DNA from: Enoplolaimus lenunculus
Lineage: Eukaryota
Direction of reading: 5' to 3'
NCBI GenBank assembly: GCA_030248215.1
Contig: JASANG010002125.1
Location: forward strand, 310,001 to 374,000
DNA: 64,000 nt
Below are positions 24,927-37,386 of the stretch, piece after piece. The position numbers were made by a program, and so were the translations under genes. Every line of letters begins with the position of its first letter. The stretch's first letter is position 1. The notes beneath the pieces are model-generated. The model had not been told where the DNA came from, ran no database searches, and worked only from the letters and a program-made list of their open reading frames with translations.

Positions 24927-25130
24927 GGTTTGGTTGTTGTTATTGTTGTTGTTGTTGTTGTTGTTTTGTTGCTGTTGTTGCGGTTGTTGTTGTAGTAGTA
25001 GTTATTATTGTTGGTGTTTTTGTTGTTGTGGTTTTGGTTATTATTATTATTATTTGTTGTTGTTTTTTTGTTGTTGCGGTTGTTGCTGCTGCTGTTGCGG
25101 TTTTAATCGTTGTTGCTATTGCTGCTGTCG
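24598..25130. repeat. Long (GTT/CAA)n microsatellite with periodic interruptions
   Basis: Direct reading; degrades into GTA/ATT/GCT triplets distally. Confidence 0.97.
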
Positions 25131-26981
25131 TTTGGGCTCGTTATTACTGTTATGCGATCAAGTATTCTGATTAGCCAATGGTAGGGAAGTTTCGACGACC
25201 GGAGCTACAATTTGATTGGCTTTTACTTACTACTCAGTGGGCAAAATCGATAAAATGAATTTTTATTGCATTTTTTACTTCTAAATTCTGCTCCATAAAC
25301 ACAATATACATGCTATAAATAACCAATCAAAGCTAGTTAGGTCCACACTTGCGAAGTCAATGCTTTAAAACCCACTTATCGCCTTCAGAAATTTACAAGT
25401 AAGTTGGTACGAATCAATCGGTAAACTCCTGCCCCAATTCAGCTATGGTACAGGCCAGTAGCCAGGTCATCTTGATGGGAGAAAACGTTTTTCAGGAATG
25501 GCATACAAAAGTTTCCACGGTTCACAATTTTCTAGCGGGGGAGGAAAATATTTTCAGAGGAGCTGAGTCTCCCTGACCCTGCCCCGGCCTTGGCTTCGGT
25601 CCCATAATAGCGCTGTTGAACCGGAGAATAATTGATGTATGACCAACACTTATGTAAACACGACTCCAAGGGGCCGACGATATTTGGTACGTCTGTTTTC
25701 TCGCTCGCTTTCTATTCTCGCGAAGTTTCATTAATTAGCAGACCGATGTTAGGAACCCAAAATCGAAACTTTGTACCGGGATCTTATACCAAAACATGTC
25801 TGTCTTCATTGGCTCGGTCAGTTCGTATTCGCGAAATATTTTTTTGCTATAGTAACCATTGTTTAGTTACAGCTAACAGAGTAAAGAATCTTTGACTTGG
25901 TTTAATCATTTTTTGTTTGACAAAATGTCAAAAAACTATTGGCATTTCGCGTGAAAATCTAGTTATGTAAAGGGTGGGCACACTACTCATGCGTCAGATA
26001 TATAACACATCTGCATATCATGGTTAGCGTTTTCTGCTCCTTACAACTCATTGAAGCCCCACTTTGGAGCACAAATTAACAATTTGAACGTCTGCAGATT
26101 AGGGACGAATGGTCTTTCAGTGGTACCGCAATAGAGTAAGCTTAAGCGTTAGACTATTTTTTTGCTTATGTGTAGGCTTGGTAATATGCTTATACTACTG
26201 TTACGGCCCTGTTATTTTGGCCCGAACATCTATAAAAACATTTGTCACCTATGGAAGACTCCACAATCAGCTCATTCCGCCAGCAGATATCAGCTTATAG
26301 TTGAAAATCTCTCGGTCTCAAACGAAGCACACAAATGTGCCTTTAGGGTAATGGTAACAAAACTTTTAGCAGACAAATATTTGTCAACCAAACATTGCAT
26401 AACTTAATTATATATAGTGATTTTGATGTAAATCAAGCATGATGTGAATATATTGCATGCGGTCTCCATATGCAGGTGACATCTGAAAATTGCCCCAGCG
26501 TCGCAATAACGAATTTCCCGTACAGGGGGGATTAGACTGTATTTTTGGTGAAATAAACATTTTGCTAAACCCTAGAATTCGATGTCAAAAAATTGTTCAC
26601 TTGGAGGCGTAAAATTTCCACAGGGGGCCTCACCAGTAACTAGCCGTTGGTTTGAAGGTGCAGCCCATGTTACGTTCTATACAAATCATGCGCGGAAAAG
26701 CCAAAAGATGCTTGGCGAAATTTATTTAGTCAAAACAACTTTATTTGTGTGTCGATATGCGTTGATAATTGAATTTTAGCGTCGTTCAAAAGATATTCGA
26801 TTCCGTCGTCTGTCAGTGTAGCAACATGAGATTTGTGAGTGTAGTTTATGGATTTGTCAAACTTGAAAATTTGCGAAAATTTAGAATATAAAATTTAATT
26901 TGTCAACAATGGAGTTTAAAACTTCAAGAGTTCTAAAGACACATACAGTCCATTAACAAACAGTATTTATAAAAAGTATAA

Positions 26982-27129
26982 GGATTGCGCTATACTTTAC
27001 TGAGTCGGAAGCCGGCAAGTGCCTCCACTCGCCGCCGCTCGTCGGCGCACGGAGGCGTGTTTTACAGCGCCGTACGCTTGCGTCCGGCGGCGTGAGGCAA
27101 AATTTTTACCGTGAGTAGGAGCGCAACCG
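26982..27129. mobile_element. Short family D-like MITE (another degenerate copy at ~58297-58470)
   Basis: GGATTGCGCTATACT / AGTAGGAGCGCAACCG; TAA on both sides. Confidence 0.65.
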
Positions 27130-28650
27130 TAATGGGGTGCGGTAATGAATGCAAAGCATCATGCAATAAACTATATATAATAAAATGCAAGGGTCAATAC
27201 GTAAGTGTAATGTCGGATGGCGTCTTCAGTAGTTCTGTTAGTCAACGTGAGTTCAAAAAACTTGGCCATTTCTGCTCAATCTGAAATCTTACAATACTAA
27301 CGAAAGCACCTTTTAAACCTGACAAAACATACAGAAGTATTCTTTTGTACCGGATGTGCATGGATCTGACACAGAAATATACCTATGTATATGCCATGGC
27401 TTATTGAGAGTCATACGTTAGCTAGCACAGTGTATAGCTTCAAATTTGGGTATATAAATAATGAAATATCGTGTCTCCTCATCAGAAATTTAAAAACTTA
27501 CAATGGCCTATGAGGCTGCAGACACACACGATACTATTTTCTTAGTTTCTCGACCAATCAAAAAATAGTTTTAGCATTTATATACATATTGTTTGGCAAA
27601 CTAAGTATGATCACCTCTCTCAGAATAATTTTTGACACTCAGAAAAAATATTTTCGTTCCACTCAAAATAATTGTATTTCAAAACCCATCGACTACTTCG
27701 TATCAAATGTTCCTTGTGTTTTCATTGCATTCCAACACTACAGACGGCTTCTGGCTTGTAATTTTACTTAAAAACTATTCAATACGCCGAGCGAGAATTT
27801 TTATTTGATTAAATTTGCCTCTATATTGTCAAATTAAAATCACGGTATACAATATATATTTCTAAATTGACGCATATCCTTCCGTCAGTTGCCCGAACAC
27901 TTAAATATTTGTGCTCTGATTGCAGTAACGGATGTGTTAGTCGTTTGTGCACCACGTTCCAAGTGCTAGATACACACAAGTATAACCAAGAACCGGACAG
28001 TTGCCAGAATTTCATTTGTGGAGGGTATAACCTACTTTGAGTTGTATAATACAGCAGATGATCCTAAAATGTATGTTGACTGTTTCTCATCTCTCAAAAA
28101 GTTTCAGACGGGGACAAATACTCAAACCCCCTTTCCAAACCACGGTATACGTCGCTGACGGAGAATTCGTCATCTCAATTGTGATGTTTCCGTACGTTTG
28201 GGCGTGACAACAACTTTCGTGATGACCTGATTTATGATTACGCGCACGCGCGCGCGCGCGCCAAAAGCCAATCCAATTGTGTGTTGTTGTTAAACAAAAA
28301 TTATTTAGTGTAAACACCTTGGAATATATGCTCAACCGACCCAAACGAGCAATTGTGTATAGTTGAGGACTACGGTAGATTTTGAATGAGAGATTTGGAG
28401 TCAAATGTGAGGATACGCGATGAGCAGAAACGGAACGTGGAGTTGATTCAAAATTTGAATATAACGAGCGTCGATTGCTTAAATATTTGTTGTTACCAGA
28501 TAAACCTTTATCGCAAAACTATATTTAACTGCGAGTACAAGTGAATTTATAACCAGTTCCATAAGTGTATATAGGGCAATATCTGAGACAGCATACTACG
28601 TAACACAATCTGTCGAGGTATCAAAATCGATTTGTTTCTTTCAACACCTC

Positions 28651-28841
28651 GGCCAATGTAAAGAATATGGGTGGAACAGTAGTATAAGCCAATACTTCTA
28701 AGCCTAAGGCTAAACCTAAACGTAAAAATCAGCATATTCTTAAAGCTATGCCTAAGTCAAGCAAAAAATGAGTCTAAAGCTTAAGCTTACTCTATTGCAG
28801 TGCCACAGAAAAACTCTCCGCCACTGATCTTTACATGGGCC
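28651..28841. mobile_element. TTAGGC-carrying MITE family A
   Basis: TIR pair; TSD AACACCTC/AACACCGC. Confidence 0.85.
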
Positions 28842-30239
28842 AACACCGCCACCAAAGTTGAATAATTTTAAAATTACGTAAACAAAAATTGTTCTGCCTT
28901 AGTGAAACTTTATTTTTAAGATTATAGCTTTGTAGAATCATGGTATTTCGTCAAATATTGTCATTTCAAGCAATATACTGGTCTGACTTGGACAGTTGCG
29001 TTCATTTGGCGTACTGAAACAAAGGTTAATGTTTATTTTATTCCCAATCAATCCAACCTCGAAATAGATTTGAAAATCGGATTCTGGACAAATTTGAGAA
29101 AATTAAATTTACTCATCTTAAACAATGATTATTCAGTAGCACCCTTCTAATACTTATTGTATAAGTCTATAAATAATTATTTAACTGTTTCTACGAAAAC
29201 CCATGTGCAAAATTAAACAACTTTATTGTGTCACTGGGAACAAAGAGACGAAATGATAAAATGTGTTACATTTTTCATTAATAGACTCTTAAAAATGAGT
29301 CAAAAAATACGAGACAATAAGGATAAATTGAATACGATAACTAGGGAATAGGTCAAAGAGCACGAAGAGTATTTATTTATAAACATTTAATTGTTGGCAC
29401 GTGTAATCGTTGAATGGTTGGCTAAAAATATTTGATAGGACCGATAAAAGTAAATATAACTTGTTTCATTAAAATTATTAAAATCTGTTGTAAAAAACGC
29501 ACTAAAGTTAAAAAAACTTCAAATCAAAATTGATTTAAACACCACAGCATTGCTGTAATGTTGTTTTATCACATTTCAATTAATCCCAAGGATGCGCCTG
29601 TGTGAAATTCCAAAAACGAACTTTGATTCTAACAAAATACAAATCAAGTTTGTAAGCAGCCAATTAAATGGCGAGAATGCTGTTTACTCGTAAACGTCAA
29701 GCGTACCACCCAATTGACGTTGGCCACGTCAACGAACAATTTTTGAAATTTTACATTTCGGCGTAAAACTTAGGCTTGAAATTATCCCGGCGAAGGCTTC
29801 TGTTTTCGCGTAGGTTAAAGCTTATGGGGCAAATTGAACGAGTGCCGAGCCAATTTGGCAATATCTATTCTAAAGCTAACAGCTCGTGTGAGATTGGAAG
29901 GAGTGGTATGACAAAATAGGTACGAATCATATTAAATTATCTTAACCATAAATATTTAGTTGTCGATAATTGAGCTTTAACAGCTTCGCATATGTGAAAA
30001 AATTACCTAATTTTCACATAATTTGCCAGCAATATATATACGATAGAGCCATGGGTCGGATACAATGTGGAAGATGGAAAAATCCCAAAAATTGTGATTG
30101 ACGTAATAAAAAACCCAATTGTAACAAAATTCCACAATGTAGAAGTACATAAATTTCTAGCGCGTTTACGCTTTTCCTCATTAAAACACTGTTAAATGAC
30201 GTTATACCATTCGGAAATGAATTCCTGGCTACACCTTTG

Positions 30240-30636
30240 GGAGATGCGGCATATATGTCGTAGGCCCATCTGCTATTCAGGCCAATTACCAACTGCTCTG
30301 AGCCAATCTGCTATTATGAGCAAATAGCTGTTCGGCCTAGGCCAAAAATAGCGATTGTGAGATGTAGTAAACCAACAGTGATGTAAGACCAATTCTGATT
30401 AACGGTATTGTGTTTGTCCAAATAACAAAACCTGATTGGTTGATAAGTTTATTAGCAGTTTAGCGTAGGCAAACTGGTAATAGCACACTGGCCTAGGACA
30501 ATTATTAATTTGCCTGAATACCAAATTGGTCTACGCCAGTTAGTAATTGACCTGAATAACAGATTGGTCTAAGTCAAGTAGTAATTGGCCTGAATAGCAG
30601 ATTAACCTAAAAGTACGACATATACATAACGTCTCC
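30240..30636. mobile_element. Unclassified TIR element with internal ATTGGCCTGAATAGCAG-type repeats
   Basis: GGAGATGCGGCATATATGTCGTA / TACGACATATACATAACGTCTCC inverted ends; internal repeats flip orientation mid-element. Confidence 0.65.
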
Positions 30637-31427
30637 TAAAATCATAAAAGCCAAACCGTTACTAAAAACCAAACCATATACACGAAATGGATTTATCAAT
30701 GATTTTTTCTCATTTATTTAAAAAGAAGATTCGGCATATATACAAGTAAAATATACTAAAAGACCAAAAACATTTAAATACAAGAATTACACATTGAGAA
30801 ATTTTATAAATAATATCACACAGAACACAATTTTAGCATCGTAATAGTTCATTATTACTATAAAATGATAATTGCATCGTTTATTAAAGCAACCAAAAAT
30901 GTACCACCAGCATACAAAGGTATTTGTCAAATCATCTGATATTTTTCATATTTGGATATCCGGCAATTTTTATTGTTTATTTTATGTGAAAATATTTGTT
31001 TTCGGATACATATTGGGATATTTTTTCATATTTCGATATCTATGGCCATCTATAGTAATATAATATGAATTTTAGTTAAACACAGTTTCACTTCGTTACT
31101 TCTCATCTCTGATGAAATATACCTCCATCAAAGGCTTGGACATAACAGTGAAAAACAACTGACTATTGGCTATTGTGTCAAATGTACGACTAAAATCATT
31201 GCTAAATAAGAAAACAACATAAACTAAGCTGCAAAGCAAAATATTGCCAACTGAAATTTATGATTATCTGGCTAAATATTTGAAATAAAAAATGACTTAT
31301 TGCTTAGTTCCTTCGCAAACACGATGTTAGCTTTGATATTAAAAAAATTCCGGCTTATACTGTTTTCTCAAAGCTCAAACCGATTCAATTACAAAGTGAT
31401 TATTTTATGAACTTTGATATAAATACT

Positions 31428-31551
31428 ATAATTATAATAATAATAATAATAAAATAATAATACTACTAATAATGATAATAATAATAATAATAATAACAGT
31501 ATTAATAATGATAATAAAAATGATTATAACAATAATCATAGTATTACTAAG

Positions 31552-31600
<49 letters not shown>
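31428..31600. repeat. (AAT)n microsatellite (shorter tract at ~54360-54405)
   Basis: Direct reading. Confidence 0.95.
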
Positions 31601-32711
31601 GATTGATATTGAATTTGCCGGCTATATTTCTAAAATCTGCTAATCCTGCTCAAATTTTATGAAACTAAACACCAAATAAATTTGTTTTACATTTTATAAT
31701 TGCAAAGCGGATTTTGTGAATAGAAAAAAACAAAATAAATATGAAATAATACCAACACAGCTATCAATGGAAGCTCTAATGGCACCAAACATAAACATAG
31801 AACCATATGTGAATACGAGTGAACGATGTAAATAATTTCAAAAGACTGCTACACAGGTATTTCAGAATAGGGATTCTTCAGTTGACTTGCTTATGGTTAA
31901 TTTCAAAATTTGTTTATTTCGCCGCTGAGTGTACACATCAATTTGTGAATATAAAGAAATGAATTTTTTCAAATCAATTTAATTTATCAGCCAGTGATAA
32001 CAATTATCCTCCACAAAAATGTTCGACATCCGCTACATCGGTCAAAATTTCGTGAAAAATGTAAAGCCAAAAAAGAAACAATGCTGCTACATTAACATTA
32101 AGTATTCAAATGATTCGATAATTAAAATCGCTGAACAGTTGTCGGCGTTTCCGTAATTTACAGAATATTAATAAAAATACAGTGTAGGTATTACGAAAAT
32201 GTGAAAAAGTATATATTAATGTTTACTGTAAAGCTATGATGTCTCGAGTCACGCCCTCGAATATATTCGAGCATGGGCTGTAAAATCGTACAAACGAAAA
32301 CAAAAACTAAACAATCTTAATACATTAATTAAAATGTTTAAATGTATGGTAAATTATAAATTTTGATTTCAGCAAAAAAACCCAATACACCAGAACGGTT
32401 TTATTCACATTCTCAGTAGTGTACAGCATCTAAATCCAGTTAGTAATTTATACGTTTTAAAATAAAATAAAACACCAAGAACGCAATAAAACTTCAGTTT
32501 TTACACAAATTTTAATATTTTTTCAGTCAAATTTTAGACATTTTTGTAATACTCAATTCTAACCATTCACGGCTATGAGAACAACCGGCAACTGGTGAAC
32601 GAGGCTGACGTCCTGTCTCACATCGAGCTAAATTATATGCTTGTAATTTTTAAATTCCAATATGACTGAGCTAGTTCGAAAAGCAACAAGTTTTTCATTT
32701 TAAGCTGTTTG

Positions 32712-32927
32712 GGCCAATGTATAGAACAGGGTCGTAAAAGTAGTATAAGCATATTCTTTAGCCTAAGCCTAAAGCCTTACGCCTAAGCGTAAGCGTAAGC
32801 GAAAGGACAAGGCTATGCGTAAGTGTGAGAATAAGCCTATAGCCTAAACCTAAGCCTAAGCCTAAGCAAAAATTAGTAAAGCTTAAGCTTACTCTAAAAC
32901 GATCCGCCCCTGATCTTTACATGTGCC
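32712..32927. mobile_element. TTAGGC-carrying MITE family A
   Basis: GGCCAATGTATAGAACAGGG ... CCCCTGATCTTTACATGTGCC with CCTAAG/CGTAAG repeats. Confidence 0.8.
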
Positions 32928-33233
32928 GTCTATTTGGAATAAACATTGTACTCTTCTTGTTAACAAATCATGTGTCAGTGACGATCGTGCTATGTCTTTG
33001 TTGTGATAATAAATAAAATAATACGATAAAGCTCAAAAGACTAACGAATAAACATTATTGAAAAGGTTTGCAGTATAATTAATATCAGACCGTAAATGCA
33101 TTTAGCTAAGAGTCGCTGCGCTAAGCCCTATGTAATTTGCGGTTTTTGAAATATACACATACTCATGAGCGCCTACTACAAAAACTTAGAAGCAGTTGAA
33201 GAATTGTGAAAAATTCAAGCTGTAAAACGGTTC

Positions 33234-33664
33234 GGCCGATGTAAAGAACAGGAGCGGAACAGTATTATAAGCATATTCCTAAGCGTAAGCCTAAGCCTAA
33301 GCGTAAGAATGAGCATTTTCTTTAGCCTAAGCCTAAGCGTAAGAATGAGCGTATTCCTAATCCTAAGGCTAAATCTAAGCCAAGCAAAAAACTAGTCCAA
33401 AATTTTAAGCTTACTGTTTTCTAGTGCCCGAGAAAATCGTTCCGCCCCTGATAAATAGGCATATGTTACTTTAAGCGGCGTAACAGTAGGTTAAGCGTGT
33501 GACTAAGCCTAAGCCTAAGCGTTGCAAAAATGAATTCCTAAGCCAAAGCCTAAGCCTAAGCGTACGCAAAAAGATGTAATCTAGAATGTAAACCTACTAT
33601 TTTATAGACCCACCAGAAACCGGGACGCACCTTAAAGTAACATGGGCCTATAATTACATAGGTC
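33234..33664. mobile_element. TTAGGC-carrying MITE family A with family B nested in its right TIR
   Basis: Outer TSD AACGGTTC/AACGTTTC; the right TIR is split by the 33458-33648 insertion. Confidence 0.8.
33458..33648. mobile_element. TTAGGC-carrying MITE family B, nested in family A
   Basis: GGCATATGTTACTTTAAG ... CTTAAAGTAACATGGGCC; TSD GATAAATA/TATAATTA (6/8). Confidence 0.8.
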
Positions 33665-33837
33665 AACGTTTCTTACGAAAGATTACAGTATTAATAGTTT
33701 CTTACCAATATGTAAATGGAAAATTTTACAAAAAAGTTTAAAAACAAAATTGTTTTGCCGGAGCTGTACTACTTAGGGCAGTGACAGTCTTAACAGCAAA
33801 TACCGAAATCAAAATTGAGATGTAGCTTAAATATGAT

Positions 33838-33843
33838 TTTATT
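33838..33843 (-). promoter_or_regulatory. Candidate AATAAA polyadenylation signal for FoxQ2
   Basis: TTTATT on + strand ~330 nt downstream of the FoxQ2 stop. The motif is common in AT-rich DNA. Confidence 0.3.
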
Positions 33844-34170
33844 CCAAAAATATTAAGTGACTTCTTATAATATTCTTATTCTATCGTCCATGCAAAGAAC
33901 TTGTTCGTATTAAACTGGCAAAATACTAGCATTATTTTGTTGCTTCATTTCAACCATTATATATTAGTGCATTTTTGCACCAGTTATGTACCGAGAAATT
34001 TTTACATTGGTATTGGCCTGATCGAGCCCAAAAAACCAACAGAATGATATTTTTGTTAAAATTAGTAATTACTTAAATGTAACGTAACAAAATAGTGTCT
34101 CTACTCGCCAGAAATAAACTCAGATTGTCTCTTAGTATGCGACTGTTTTGAATAATATTAAGAAGTATAA

Positions 34171-35146
34171 CTATGCATTTGCTATTTTTGAATTACTGAA
34201 GCCGTTCGTACCGTTTAAAAGCGTTTCTCCATTCGAGTGTTCACTGCTATTTTGCCGCTGTTGTAATGACGAAGACATTTTTCCCACGATCATGTTGAGT
34301 CGATGCTGTTGCGGTGACAATTCAGTCAATTTCTTTCCCACGGTTTGCTGAGGTCGCGTTGTGTCGTTTTGAGGATTTCCCACGGTCTCTGGCGTTTTGG
34401 TGGCAGATTTGTTGACGACAGAGTCCACAAATGTCTCGTCTTGCGATTTGTCTTCAGTTTGGTCATTTTGCAGTCGGGTTTGGCATTTTTCCATCTTAAT
34501 TTCTTCGGTTTGAGGCTTTTGTTGCGTCTTTAGCTGCTTGGAATTCGACCGAGACACCAGTCGTGCGAAAGTTCGTTCCCAAGTTTCCGTCGAATTCAGC
34601 CCAGGACTCGGTACCCTTGGCCCTAGAAGCAACTCGTCGAGAATGTCTTGTTTAGCATCTTTGGTTTGCGGTTCCTCTGGACTTTTAGGCGCCAGATATT
34701 CAGGATCAGAATCCTCGCTGTACACTTTGATGCCTTGTTCGTCGGACTTGCTCGGAGACACTAGCGGCGACCCCTCTACACTTTCACGATCTGCAGTCGT
34801 GTCAAGCGATTGCAAATTGCACGCTGCTGTATCACAACAATTGCTATTGCGACTGCAGTTGCTTGCATCACTACAACTACTTGTACTTGTTGTATGCGAT
34901 GTATCGTGATCCATAGTTTGAAGGGTGGCCGATTGTTGTTTTTCAGGATCTGGATTAAATTGACTATTTGTCGTAGTCTTCGAAACTCTCATCGACGCTT
35001 GTGCGGCTTCGTGGAAAAAGGCCGCTGCCGCTAATGGATTATTAGTAGGCAGAAGTAGTCCTTGCCCTTGATTAAGTTGATGGATAATAGCTGGGTTAGA
35101 TCCAAGATTCTCCGCCAAAGAACGATGTTGTTCGTGTTGTTGCTGC

Positions 35147-35202
<56 letters not shown>

Positions 35203-36323
35203 TTCTTGTTGTTGTTGTTGTTGATGATGATGTTGATGATGGTGTTGTGGTTGTTGTTGTTGTTTTTGTTGTTGCTGCTGGTGATGATGTTGTTGCAGTT
35301 TATGCAATTCCGCCGTATACTGTAACTGTTGCAGTAGCAGTTGGTGTTGCTGTTGCTGATGCATTAGAATATTATGTTGTTGTTGCTGTTGGTGTTGCTG
35401 TTGTTGCTGCTGTCGCAAATGCATTTCAAACGCGATTCGAAATTGTTCTTCTCGTGTCGCAACTTTTGCAGCATTTATTTTTTGTCGCTTACCACTGCTC
35501 GAAGTAATTTTAGCGTCTTCCAGTTGTGCGTTTTTTGATTTTCCTTCATCTAAAGCCGCAAGTGCAGTTTTTGGCTCGGTTTTTGGAGTTGCGTTAAAAT
35601 TCTTGCCGTATTGCGATCCGTTACTCAAATTGAGAACAGTATTCGGTGTGTCAGGTGCCTCCTTTTTTTGAGACAAATCGTCAGGAGCGAGTAGACTTTC
35701 AACATCGAACGCAATTGTCGTTCGTCGTCTCTTTGAATCCGGGGTTGGACCAATCGGGGAGGGTCGGTCATAAATGTGTCCGGTGGAGTAGTTACGATGC
35801 TCCCTGCGGCAACTCCCACGTCCCCCAGCGCTGTTACCATCCACGGGTGAAACGTCTTCTCGACCCCCAACACCCCCACCCGAGTTCACAGGAGAAACTT
35901 CGGCATCCGACGAGCCTGAGGTATGTGATGACTCCATTGAGTTGTGAGTCGGCGCAGTTTCGTCCCGCGCCTGCTCGCCGCCGGTCGCTGGAGCGATAGG
36001 TCCTACAGGCGGACCAAAGTTTAGCCTTGGTCCTAGACTTAGTGGACCGTGTAGGTTCGACAGGGCACCAGCGCGGGCTGCAGCTGCGGCACGAAACTGC
36101 AACTCTCGAACCAGTTCGATTGCTGGTATGCCTGGCGGCCGCATAGCTGGATGACAGCCTGGCAACCCTAAAGGTTCACCTGGAATTGGCAAACCTTTAA
36201 GGGGCATATGTGGCCGGGCGTGTAACGGCGGACAAAGTGGGCCGAAAATACCGCCGTGTAACATTGGCGGACCGAGAAAACCGTTTGGAGGACTTGGGCA
36301 TGGACTGTCATCTTCGTCGTCAT
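34171..36323 (-). CDS. foxQ2: FoxQ2-class forkhead transcription factor, last coding exon (acidic DDDEDDSP segment, Pro/Gly-rich region, EH1 motif FDVESLL, Q/H-rich tracts, disordered C-terminus)
   Basis: The 697-aa ORF extends upstream in frame to the acceptor gtgcttcag|AT at 36324/36323. A phase-1 join with the donor CCAG|gtgaaa at 36694 gives ...MGFSVP-DDDEDDSPCPSP..., the acidic segment typically following the FoxQ2 forkhead domain. Stop TAG at 34171-34173. Confidence 0.9.
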
Positions 36324-36693
36324 CTGAAGCACAAAACTACTGTGATTTGGTAGGTCTTCAAATATGTCTGCGATAGTAACACATGGACGAGCAAATACGC
36401 AAAATTTTTCGCAAAGTCAACTACTATTCAGTATCAATGAAAACACTGTACCGATAGGAAAATTTAAAAAATTAAATTTGAAACTATTAATGTTTACCGA
36501 TACAACTTACAATTAACGGAAAATTAAGTACGCAGTTGATCGGTAACTTAAGTAAAAAAGCTTTTGAGCACAGCATAGTTTTTTTTTCAAATATTGTATA
36601 GGTACATGCCAAAAAATGTCCATATATTAAAAATTGAAAATACGTTAACAGAGGCAAAATATTAAAATGCCTGCAACCCAAACCACTTTTCAC

Positions 36694-37306
36694 CTGGTAC
36701 CGAAAATCCCATCGCTTTTCTTGCTTTTCGTTGTGCGCGTCGCCGTCGAAAATCACCGCGTCGAAAATCGTCAACATTCGCTGGATGAATCGCCCAATAG
36801 TGTCCTTTACCGTTCGGTGATCGTCCAGCTTTCACAAAACAATCGTTCAGTGACAAATTATGCCGGATACTGTTCCGCCATCCGGGTCCGCGTGCGCGGA
36901 AATACGGATAATTGTCAAGAATGTACTGATAAATATCTGACAGTACCATTTTTTGCTCTGGGTGATTGAGTATTGCCATTGCGACCAGTCCAATATAGCT
37001 GTACTGCGGTTTTGGTTCGTCACCGCCGGCTACTGGTGGAATGAATCGCGCAGGACCGCCTACGCTACCGGCGGACGTAACTGGGGCTGCTGAGTGTCCG
37101 TTTGGTGGTCGATAGAGCCCTGGTTCGCTGAAGAACAGACCGTTTCTTGGACTGTTTTGTCCAGCGCCTACCTGGTGGCTTGGTATGAAAGGTGTAGCGC
37201 CTGGGTGAGCAAGTGGACTGCTCACTGGGACGTTACTTTGATGCCCTGGTTTTATACCAGCGGCAGCTGCGACTGCTGCTAATCGCAATCGCTCTACTGC
37301 GATTAG

Positions 37307-37386
<80 letters not shown>

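Noticed and set aside
24494..25174. Poly-Leu/Val/Cys ORFs on the + strand
   Set aside because: Artefacts of the stop-free GTT microsatellite; interruptions shift the frame.
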